Shown here piece by piece: positions 28,054-35,526 of a stretch of 64,000 nt of DNA; position 1 is the first letter of the stretch, and every line of letters begins with the position of its first letter. The DNA comes from Chthoniobacterales bacterium (GTDB taxonomy: Bacteria > Verrucomicrobiota > Verrucomicrobiia > Chthoniobacterales > UBA10450), in the NCBI GenBank assembly GCA_046593335.1, contig JBKJNW010000042.1, positions 439-64,438 on the forward strand, read 5' to 3'. The notes under the pieces are model-generated. The model was not told the DNA's origin and did not search any database. It saw nothing but the letters and a program-made list of their open reading frames with translations. A program made the position numbers and the translations under genes.

Positions 28054-28875
28054 ATGGATTCCACGCCCGCGCCGCTCATTCCGCAGGATGGCTGGCATTG
28101 CCTCCACCTTTTCTACCGGATCGAGTACGGCCAATGGCAGCTGTTGAGCAGCGCCGAGCAACGGGCCGCGAAAATCGCGCTCTCCACCCTCGTCCAGGAA
28201 ACCCGCGCGCTCGAATCGACCCAGCTCCTCACCTTGAGCCAGGTCACTCCGAAAGCGGACCTCGGTTTCATGCTTATCACGCCCGATTTGCAGACCGCGA
28301 ACCGGATCGAGAAACAGCTCACGCTGTCGTTAGGCGCAGACGTTCTCGTGCCGGTTTACAGTTACCTCTCGCTCACGGAAGAGAGCGAGTACATCACGAC
28401 CGAGGAGCAGTACAGCGAGACGCTCGAAACGGAGCAAAAGCTGAAACGCGGCACGCCGGAGTTCGAGGCTGGGATGCAGGATTTCCGGGAGCGGATGAAG
28501 AAATACCGGCAGGACCGGGTTTATCCGACCCTGCCCGACTGGCCGATCGTTTCCTTCTACAATATGACGAAACGCCGGGGCGAAGAGCGCAACTGGTATT
28601 CACTGCCCTACGAAGAGCGCCGCACCCTGATGAGCGACCACGCCCGGATCGGGCGGCAATACGCCGGCAAAGTGAAGCAACTCATCACTGGTTCGACCGG
28701 CCTCGACGATGCGGAGTGGGGCGTGACTCTTTTCGCGCACGACACCTTCCAGATCAAAGCCATCGTATACCAGATGCGCTTTGACGAGGTGAGCGCGGCC
28801 TACGCCGACTTCGGCGAATTTTACATTGGCATTCAACTGCCGCTCGACGAACTGTTTCGCCGCCTGCAGCTCTAG
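28054..28875 (+). CDS. chlorite dismutase-family haem protein (ChdC/HemQ-like)
   Basis: GWHCLHLFYRI.., SFYNMTKRRGEERNWYSLPYEERRTLMSDHARIGRQY.., TLFAHDTFQIKAIVYQMRFDE. Confidence 0.8.
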   Translation: MDSTPAPLIPQDGWHCLHLFYRIEYGQWQLLSSAEQRAAKIALSTLVQETRALESTQLLTLSQVTPKADLGFMLITPDLQTANRIEKQLTLSLGADVLVPVYSYLSLTEESEYITTEEQYSETLETEQKLKRGTPEFEAGMQDFRERMKKYRQDRVYPTLPDWPIVSFYNMTKRRGEERNWYSLPYEERRTLMSDHARIGRQYAGKVKQLITGSTGLDDAEWGVTLFAHDTFQIKAIVYQMRFDEVSAAYADFGEFYIGIQLPLDELFRRLQL

Positions 28876-28890
28876 TGCTCCAATCTTAAT

Positions 28891-28943
28891 CCTGCTCCTG
28901 CTCCTAATCCTGCTCTTCTCGGAGGATTAGGAGCAGGAGCAGG
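28891..28943. repeat. 20-bp perfect hairpin of the (CTCCTG)n-CTAATCC repeat family
   Basis: CCTGCTCCTGCTCCTAATCC (28891-28910) and GGATTAGGAGCAGGAGCAGG (28924-28943) flank a 13-nt loop. Sits between the ChdC-like stop and tRNA-Ser. Confidence 0.85.
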
Positions 28944-28966
28944 AGCAGGAGAAAGATCGGGAAAAA

Positions 28967-29051
28967 GGATGGGTGGCAGAGTGGTCTAATGCGCACGCCT
29001 GGAAAGCGTGTTTGCCGCAAGGCAACCAGGGTTCGAATCCCTGCCCATCCG
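28967..29051 (+). tRNA. tRNA-Ser (anticodon GGA), type II with a long variable arm
   Basis: Hand-folded. Acceptor GGATGGG/CCCATCC, D arm GCA..TGC, anticodon stem CACGC/GCGTG with loop CTGGAAA, variable arm TTTGCCGCAAGGCAAC, T arm CAGGG-TTCGAAT-CCCTG, discriminator G. CCA is not encoded. Confidence 0.9.
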
Positions 29052-29068
29052 CCCGCGCCACCCTTGCG

Positions 29069-29758
29069 TTAAGCGTCGTCAGGCTGGCGCCGGCTCATCA
29101 CCTGCGTCGTTTGCCGCACCTTGATGATGCTCCGGGCTGGCAGCACGCCGCGGAAATTCGTTCCCGGGTAAATAATGCAGTCGCGCCCGACGACTGAACC
29201 GGGATTCAGGACCGCGTTGCAGCCGATCTCGGATCGATCGCCGATGATCGCGCCAAATTTCCGCAACCCAGTCGCGATCATTCCGTCGGTCGCGAGGACG
29301 GTGATCTCGGCATGGTCGAGTTTCACGTTGGAGAGGATCACACCCGCTCCGAGATGCGCCTTGTATCCGAGAATCGAATCGCCCACGTAACTGAAATGCG
29401 GAACCTGGGCGTCGTCGAAAATGATGCAGTTCTTGAACTCGCATGAGTTCCCCATCACCACGTTGTTCCCCACGATGACGTTTTCGCGCACGTAACATCC
29501 GCTCCGGATGTGGCAGTTTTCGCCGATCCAGGCCGGCCCTTTCAACATCGCGCCCTGTTCCACGATCGTGCCCTGGCCGACGAAAATGGAATCGCTGATG
29601 AATGGCTTTCCGACCAGCTCGCCCAGCACCGCCGGCTTGAGCCGGAATTGCAGGTAACTCGGGATCTGCTTGAGCGCTTCCCAGACATACTTGTCCGCCT
29701 CGAACAACTTCGAGTGGGCGGTGTGTTCGAGTTCGAAAAATTCAGCGGCGCTAAACAT
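29069..29758 (-). CDS. left-handed beta-helix (hexapeptide-repeat) transferase
   Basis: Runs of hexapeptide repeats (IGENCHIRSGCYVRENVIVGNNVVMGNSCEFKNCIIFDDAQV..), similar to the GlmU C-terminal domain. Confidence 0.7.
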   Translation of the reverse strand: MFSAAEFFELEHTAHSKLFEADKYVWEALKQIPSYLQFRLKPAVLGELVGKPFISDSIFVGQGTIVEQGAMLKGPAWIGENCHIRSGCYVRENVIVGNNVVMGNSCEFKNCIIFDDAQVPHFSYVGDSILGYKAHLGAGVILSNVKLDHAEITVLATDGMIATGLRKFGAIIGDRSEIGCNAVLNPGSVVGRDCIIYPGTNFRGVLPARSIIKVRQTTQVMSRRQPDDA

Positions 29759-29787
29759 GGCGTCAGGCGTAAACTGCGACGCGCTCG

Positions 29788-31185
29788 TTAGGCGCCGGCA
29801 CGGCGGGTCAGGACAGGCCCTTCTTTCGTGTCCCGCACCGCCCAACCGCGCGCCAGGATGGCGTCGCGCAATTCATCACTTTTTTGCCAGTTCTTGGCAA
29901 GCCGCGCCTGCGTCCGCTCCTCTGCCAATCGCTCCACTTCCTCTGGCGGGCCTTCCTTTTCGGCGGCAAAAGCGAGGACGCGGTTGACCTGTTCCCACCA
30001 ATTCAGCCAGGCTCGCGCCCGTCCCGGTTCGACCCCGCGATCGAGTTCGCGATTACTCTCCCGGATCTGCTCAAACAAATGTCCGAGCGCAGCCGAGATA
30101 TTGAGATCGTCGTCCAGCGCCTCAGCAAATTGATCGTCCACGATCTCCGAGCCGCCGGGTTCGGCCGCGGCCGTATCGCGCAATCGGCGGAGCCATTCAT
30201 CGATCCGGGCCAGGGCCTGGCGCGCTTCTTCCATTCCTTCCCAGGTGAAATTGAGCGGCGCCCGGTAATGTACCCGAATCAGCGCATAACGGACTTCGCG
30301 CCCGCTGTAGCCCTTCTCCAGCACGTCACGCAGGGTATAGAAATTGCCTAACGACTTCGACATCTTCTGCCCTTCGACCTGGAGATGGGCACAATGCATC
30401 CAGTAACGAACGAAGGTTTTCCCGCTGCAGCCTTCCGATTGCGCGATCTCCGCTTCGTGATGCGGAAAAATATTGTCGACCCCGCCGCAATGAATATCGA
30501 TCTGCTCACCTAACAATGTCGTGGCCATGGCGCTGCACTCGATGTGCCAGCCGGGCCGTCCTTTTCCCCACGGGCTCTCCCACCAAACGTCGCCGTCCTC
30601 TTCGTCCCACGCTTTCCAGAGCGCGAAATCGCCCACGTGTTCCTTGTCGTACTCGTCGCTCTTCACCCGGCCGGTGGAGCGCAACTCGGCCAGGTCGAAA
30701 TGCGCGAGGTTACCGTACTTTGGGAAGCGATTAATCCGGTAGTAAACCGATTTGTCTTCCGCCTGGTAAGCCAGCTCGCGCCCAATCAACTGCTCGATCA
30801 TCGCGATCATAGCCTTCACATATCGCTCCTCGGTCGCGGCGGGGAAGGCACTCGCGCGTTTGATCTGCAGCGTCTCAAGATCCTGGAAGAATGCTTCCTT
30901 GAAGGGCGCGGTGAATTCACCAAGCGGGAGATTGGCCGCCCGGCTGCCCCGAATCGTTTTGTCATCCACGTCGGTCAGGTTCATCACCCGCTCGACCGTG
31001 TAATCCCGCGCTTCAAGATGTCGTTGCAGGAGGTCTTCGAAAATGTAGGCGCGAAAATTTCCGATGTGCGCGTGGCTGTAAACGGTCGGTCCGCAGGTGT
31101 AGATCTTGACCGCGCGACCGCCCGGATCGAGCGACTGGAACTCCTCGATCTCACGCGAATAGGTGTTGAAGAAACGCAGCGCCAT
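29788..31185 (-). CDS. cysS: cysteine--tRNA ligase
   Basis: HIGN (GPTVYSHAHIGNF) and KMSKSLGNF class-I motifs. ATG at 31185 chosen (MALRFFNTYSR..). Confidence 0.95.
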   Translation of the reverse strand: MALRFFNTYSREIEEFQSLDPGGRAVKIYTCGPTVYSHAHIGNFRAYIFEDLLQRHLEARDYTVERVMNLTDVDDKTIRGSRAANLPLGEFTAPFKEAFFQDLETLQIKRASAFPAATEERYVKAMIAMIEQLIGRELAYQAEDKSVYYRINRFPKYGNLAHFDLAELRSTGRVKSDEYDKEHVGDFALWKAWDEEDGDVWWESPWGKGRPGWHIECSAMATTLLGEQIDIHCGGVDNIFPHHEAEIAQSEGCSGKTFVRYWMHCAHLQVEGQKMSKSLGNFYTLRDVLEKGYSGREVRYALIRVHYRAPLNFTWEGMEEARQALARIDEWLRRLRDTAAAEPGGSEIVDDQFAEALDDDLNISAALGHLFEQIRESNRELDRGVEPGRARAWLNWWEQVNRVLAFAAEKEGPPEEVERLAEERTQARLAKNWQKSDELRDAILARGWAVRDTKEGPVLTRRAGA

Positions 31186-31207
31186 CAGTTGCTCGAGCGA
31201 GTCACTA

Positions 31208-31684
31208 TCATTCCTCTTCCACGCTCGCCACTGCCATGGCGGACATTCCTTCGCCGCGGCCGAGCGCGCCCATGCCTTCGTTCGTCGTCGCTTTGAGACC
31301 GACGCGCGACGGGTCGATTCCGAGGGCGGCGGCGAGCTGTGCCCGCATCGCTTCAAGATGGGGCCCGATCTTGGGCGCTTCTGCGATCAGGGTCGCATCC
31401 ACGTTTGCGATCCGACAGTTTTTCGCCGCCAAAATTTCTCCGACCCGCCGCAAAATTTCGAGACTGCTGATCCCGCGAATCGATTCGTCGGTATTGGGAA
31501 AATGATGACCGATGTCGCGTTCGCCGATCGCGCCTAACAATGCGTCGGCGATGGCATGAGTCAGGACGTCGGCGTCGGAATGCCCTTCCAGTCCGCGGTC
31601 GTGCGCGATCTCGACGCCCCCGAGAATGAGTTTGCGATCTTCGCCAAAGCGATGCGCGTCGTAACCAATCCCAGAGCGAAACAT
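31208..31684 (-). CDS. ispF: 2-C-methyl-D-erythritol 2,4-cyclodiphosphate synthase
   Basis: GIGYDAHRF.., GHSDADVLTHAIADALLGA. Confidence 0.95.
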   Translation of the reverse strand: MFRSGIGYDAHRFGEDRKLILGGVEIAHDRGLEGHSDADVLTHAIADALLGAIGERDIGHHFPNTDESIRGISSLEILRRVGEILAAKNCRIANVDATLIAEAPKIGPHLEAMRAQLAAALGIDPSRVGLKATTNEGMGALGRGEGMSAMAVASVEEE

Positions 31685-31693
31685 GGCCTCAGC

Positions 31694-32437
31694 CTAACGC
31701 AATTCGAGCCGCCCGCTGGAAGCAACGATGCGAAATTTATCCGGCATATCTTTCCGGGGCTCGATCTCCACCCGACCGCCGGCCGCTTCCACCAGGAGCC
31801 AACCGGCCGCGATATCCCAGAGACTGATTCCCTGTTCGATGTAAGCATCGAGCCGGCCGCAGGCGACGTAGGCCATGTCGAGCGCGGCACTCCCGAGCAT
31901 GCGGCACTTCCGCACCCGGTGCACCATCTCTTCGAGCACCGGCAGCCCCGCTTCGATCGTGGCCTGCGTTTTGGCCAGGCCAATCGAAACGACTGCCTCC
32001 GCCAAAGTGGTGCGCGGGCTGACGCGAATTGGTTTCCCATTCAACGTCGGCGCCTGCCCTTTCTCGCCGCTCCAAAGTTCATCGCGCATCGGATCGTAGA
32101 TCACACCCACGATCACCTCGCCGCGGAAACGGAGCGCGATTGAAACGCAAAAATGCGGAATGCCGTAGAAAAAATTTACCGTGCCGTCGAGCGGATCGAC
32201 CACCCATTGATGATCGCTTGCCTGGTCGCCGACGATGCCTTCCTCGCCGTAGAGCGCATGCTCCGGAAAACAATCGAGCAGGATTTTCGTGATCAGGTCC
32301 TGGGTGAGAACATCGACCTCGAGCTTGATGTCGTGTGCGGTGGTGGCGTTGACCGTGAGCGGTTTCGCAAAGTGCGCGCGGAGCAACTCACCGGCGGCGC
32401 GGGCGGCTTCGGTTGCGACTGCAAGAGGAGCGTTCAC
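31694..32437 (-). CDS. suhB: inositol monophosphatase family protein (SuhB-like)
   Basis: YGEEG.., WVVDPLDGTVNF.., GSAALDMAYVACGRLD. Confidence 0.85.
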   Translation of the reverse strand: MNAPLAVATEAARAAGELLRAHFAKPLTVNATTAHDIKLEVDVLTQDLITKILLDCFPEHALYGEEGIVGDQASDHQWVVDPLDGTVNFFYGIPHFCVSIALRFRGEVIVGVIYDPMRDELWSGEKGQAPTLNGKPIRVSPRTTLAEAVVSIGLAKTQATIEAGLPVLEEMVHRVRKCRMLGSAALDMAYVACGRLDAYIEQGISLWDIAAGWLLVEAAGGRVEIEPRKDMPDKFRIVASSGRLELR

Positions 32438-32485
32438 CGGCGCAACCTAACCGATCCTGCACGCGGTCCGCGAAGTTTTTCGCGC

Positions 32486-32524
32486 AAAAAAAACCGGAGG
32501 AAGAAAATGAATTCTTCCCCCGGG
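32486..32524 (-). terminator. rho-independent terminator downstream of the Lys-rich micro-ORF
   Basis: The minus strand reads CCGGGGGAAGAA-TTCATT-TTCTTCCTCCGG followed by T9: a 12-bp stem with one G:U pair. Confidence 0.75.
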
Positions 32525-32581
32525 TTGAAGTTTACTTGAACGAAGAACGGTTCTGTCACCGCCCTTCTGTGGATAGCGGCG

Positions 32582-32674
32582 TTAGTGTTTCTTCTTCGCC
32601 GTTGCTTTTTTCTTAGTAGCCATCTTTTTCTTGGCCGGTGCCTTTTTCTTGGCTGCTTTTTTCTTTGCTGGCAT
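32582..32674 (-). CDS. 30-aa lysine/alanine-rich basic micro-protein (histone H1-tail-like)
   Basis: MPAKKKAAKKKAPAKKKMATKKKATAKKKH. Too short for the ORF track. ATG is preceded by AAAGGGGGGA and followed by a strong intrinsic terminator. Confidence 0.55.
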   Translation of the reverse strand: MPAKKKAAKKKAPAKKKMATKKKATAKKKH

Positions 32675-32754
32675 AGGGAATCCCCCCTTTCAATCCGCAG
32701 AAGCGGTCTGTGAACAATGTGTGAATAACTTCACTTTCATCGAGTCACTAGTCG

Positions 32755-33474
32755 TCACGTTTTTTTTGTCAAACATTTTTCGCGCGCATCCAAGATTATT
32801 TTAAGCAAGGCGTGTGCGAGCTCCGTTTTTTTTGCGCGCGAAAGTTTTTTTTCTTCGCCGCTTTTGCAAAATATTTGCAGCTCGTTCTCGTCCGCATCCA
32901 TTCCGATGTCGTTTCGGGAGACATCATTCGCCACCAGCAGGTCGCAATTTTTCTCCGTCAGCTTGCGTTGCGCATTGGTTCGCAGTTCCTCGGTTTCGGC
33001 GGCGAAGCCGACGACAAAACAATCGTGCGCCCCACTCGTTAGGCTGGAAAGGATGTCGCGTACCGGCGTGAGCGCGAGGGAGAACGGTGCGCCCTCCTTT
33101 TTTATTTTTTGTTCCGCATAACGCGCCGGTTTGTAATCGCAAACCGCGGCGCACATCACAAAAACATCGCAGCCTGCGAACTCCGCCGCGGACGCGGCGA
33201 ACATTTCCTCGCTTGTAATGACGCGCACCAACTCCGCCCCGGCCGGCGCGGCGAGCGCGACCGGTCCGCTGATCAAAACCACTTCGTGCCCGGCCGCGAG
33301 CGCGGCGGCGGCGATGGCGTAGCCCATTTTACCCGAGGAGCGATTGCTCAGGTAGCGCACCGGATCGAGCGGCTCGCGCGTCGGCCCGGCCGTGACGACG
33401 AACTTCACGCGATTAGATTTTCCTGGCGCGCGAGCAGGAACTCGGCGCGGAAAGCGATCTCGTCCACTTTCCAC
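32755..33474 (-). CDS. coaB: phosphopantothenate--cysteine ligase (CoaB half of CoaBC), in a different frame from the CoaC half
   Basis: VVTAGPTREPLDPVRYLSNRSSGKMGYAIA.. Only a GTG start is available, and it overlaps the CoaC ORF by 70 nt. Confidence 0.8.
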   Translation of the reverse strand: MESGRDRFPRRVPARAPGKSNRVKFVVTAGPTREPLDPVRYLSNRSSGKMGYAIAAAALAAGHEVVLISGPVALAAPAGAELVRVITSEEMFAASAAEFAGCDVFVMCAAVCDYKPARYAEQKIKKEGAPFSLALTPVRDILSSLTSGAHDCFVVGFAAETEELRTNAQRKLTEKNCDLLVANDVSRNDIGMDADENELQIFCKSGEEKKLSRAKKTELAHALLKIILDAREKCLTKKT

Positions 33475-33971
33475 AAACGGCCCAGGCCTTCATAGCCGCA
33501 GGCCAGCATGCCGGCTTCCGGTCCGATGAACTCGACCCCGCGCCCGCCTAACGTGGCAACATTTTCTTTCGTCGCGGGGTGTTCCCACATTTTGCCGTTC
33601 ATCGCCGGCGCGAGCAGAATCGGCGCGCGGGTCGCGAGCGCGATCGCGGCCAGGGGATGGCCGGCCAAACCATGCGCCAGCTCGGCGATGATGTGGGCGG
33701 TGGCGGGCGCGATCAGAAGAAGATCGGCGCGATCGGCCAGCGCGATGTGTCCCGGGTGCCAGCTTTCTTTTTCATCGTAGAAGCTGGTCGTGACCGGATT
33801 TTTTGAAAGCGTCTGCAACGTCAGCGGAGTGATGAACTCGGTCGCGTCTTTGGTCATCACGACATGGACCGAATGCCCCTGTTTCACGAGCAGGCTGGCC
33901 AGCTCGGCCGACTTGTAGGCGGCGATCGAGCCGGTCACGCCGAGCAGGACGGAACGTTGTTTCTCTTTCAT
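33405..33971 (-). CDS. coaC: phosphopantothenoylcysteine decarboxylase flavoprotein (CoaC half of CoaBC)
   Basis: VLLGVTGSIAAYKSAELASLLVKQGHSVHVVMT.., APAMNGKMW... Ends where the linker to CoaB normally begins. Confidence 0.85.
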   Translation of the reverse strand: MKEKQRSVLLGVTGSIAAYKSAELASLLVKQGHSVHVVMTKDATEFITPLTLQTLSKNPVTTSFYDEKESWHPGHIALADRADLLLIAPATAHIIAELAHGLAGHPLAAIALATRAPILLAPAMNGKMWEHPATKENVATLGGRGVEFIGPEAGMLACGYEGLGRLWKVDEIAFRAEFLLARQENLIA

Positions 33972-33973
33972 CG

Positions 33974-34594
33974 TTAGGCGCTATCCGAGGTGATGAGGCG
34001 GCTGCTCAAATAACGTTCCGCGCCCATGATCTGGCGAAACTTGAGCAGGTCCTCTTCCATGGAACGGCTGATAATGGTGTAGCGGTAATCGCGCCAGAGT
34101 TCCATTTCGCGCGCGGCGGTTTGGAGGCGCACTTCGATTTGGGCCGGTGTTTCCGTGCCCCGTTTCGTCAGGCGGCGGCGCAATTCCTCGAGATCGGGCG
34201 GCATGATAAAAACATCGGCCAGCGACTGGCGCACGAAAGCGTCGTCGAAGGCGCGAATCGCGGCCGCGCCCTGGATGTCGATGTCGATCAGGACATCGAC
34301 GCCCTCGCGCAGATTGCTCACGATCGGATCGCGCAAGGTGCCGTAATATTTGCCGTGGACATTGGCGTGTTCGAGGAATTCGCCAGCCGCGACCCGGGCC
34401 AAAAAATCGGGCTCGGAAAGAAAATTATAATCTTCGCCGTCGATTTCGCCGGCGCGCGGGCGACGGGTGGTGCAGGAAACCGAGTAAACAAAATCGGGCG
34501 TTTGCCGGAGGGCATCGCAAAGGGTCGTCTTGCCCGCGCCGGAGGGAGCGGAGACGACAAAGAGAATTCCGTAGCGACTAAATTCCTTACTCAA
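33974..34594 (-). CDS. gmk: guanylate kinase
   Basis: VVSAPSGAGKTTL, SVSCTTRRPRAGEIDGEDYNF. TTG at 34594 chosen; it overlaps the yicC stop by 8 nt. Confidence 0.9.
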   Translation of the reverse strand: MSKEFSRYGILFVVSAPSGAGKTTLCDALRQTPDFVYSVSCTTRRPRAGEIDGEDYNFLSEPDFLARVAAGEFLEHANVHGKYYGTLRDPIVSNLREGVDVLIDIDIQGAAAIRAFDDAFVRQSLADVFIMPPDLEELRRRLTKRGTETPAQIEVRLQTAAREMELWRDYRYTIISRSMEEDLLKFRQIMGAERYLSSRLITSDSA

Positions 34595-35462
34595 GATTTT
34601 GGATTTGCTCGCGAATCTTTTCCACCTCGGCCTTGGAGGCGACGACGTGCCGGGAAATTTCCGCATCACCCGCTTTCGCGCCTAACGTATTCAGTTCGCG
34701 CGAAATTTCCTGCGTAATAAATTCGAGGGTGCGGCCGACCGGTTCGTCTTTGCGCAGATGATGAGCAAACTGCGCGAGATGACTTTCGAGCCGGGTCAGC
34801 TCTTCCGAAACGTCGGAGCGATCGGCAAAGAAAGCGATTTCCTTGAGCAGGCGCTCGTCGTTAGGCTGAAGCTCGAGGCCGGCTTTGCTGATCCGCTCGA
34901 GCAGGGTCTGGCGATATTTTTCGGCGAGGGCGGGATGCTTCTTTCCCACCTCCTTTAATTCCTGGCGCAGCACTTTGAGGCGTCGGATTAGATCCTTCGC
35001 CAGGTATTTGCCTTCCTTGTCGCGCATCTTGATCAACTCGCCGAGCGCGTCGCCCAGCGCTTCCTCCAAGGCCGGCCAAATCTTGTTCGGGACAAGGCTG
35101 TCTTCCGCGAAACGCAGCACCCCGGGCGCCTGTAAAATCATTCCGATGCTGATCTCACCGGTCACGCCCAGTTCCTTCTGCAGGGCGCGCATCCCGTCGT
35201 GATAGGAACGGGCGAGGGCGCGGTCGAGTGCGAGAGTGCGCGCGTTTTGCGCTGCCGGGTCGAAGGCGACGACGACGTTGGTGCGTCCGCGGGCAAGGCG
35301 TTCTCCCACCACCTGACGGACGCGAGGTTCCAGCGCGCTCAGTTCGCGCGGCAGGTTGATCACGATGTCGCTCTGCTTGCGATTCACCGAGTTGACTTCG
35401 ACGCTGATTTTGGCGCCCCCGCCATCGCTTTCGCCGCGGCCGTAACCAGTCATGCTTCTCAT
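34587..35462 (-). CDS. yicC: YicC/YloC-family stress-induced protein
   Basis: MRSMTGYGRGE.. at the N-terminus and a C-terminal DUF1732-like EEL.RL..HL....L....VGR.LEF..QE..RE.NT.G.K pattern. Confidence 0.9.
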   Translation of the reverse strand: MRSMTGYGRGESDGGGAKISVEVNSVNRKQSDIVINLPRELSALEPRVRQVVGERLARGRTNVVVAFDPAAQNARTLALDRALARSYHDGMRALQKELGVTGEISIGMILQAPGVLRFAEDSLVPNKIWPALEEALGDALGELIKMRDKEGKYLAKDLIRRLKVLRQELKEVGKKHPALAEKYRQTLLERISKAGLELQPNDERLLKEIAFFADRSDVSEELTRLESHLAQFAHHLRKDEPVGRTLEFITQEISRELNTLGAKAGDAEISRHVVASKAEVEKIREQIQNLE

Positions 35463-35526
35463 TCGAATGGGAGCTTCGAAAGTTTCCGACGGAATAACAA
35501 ATGGAAAGACGCGGGACGACTCAAGG

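Noticed and set aside
28973-29197. 74-aa ORF (MAEWSNAHAWKAC..).
   Set aside because: It is the tRNA-Ser gene read as protein, plus sequence antisense to the hexapeptide transferase gene.
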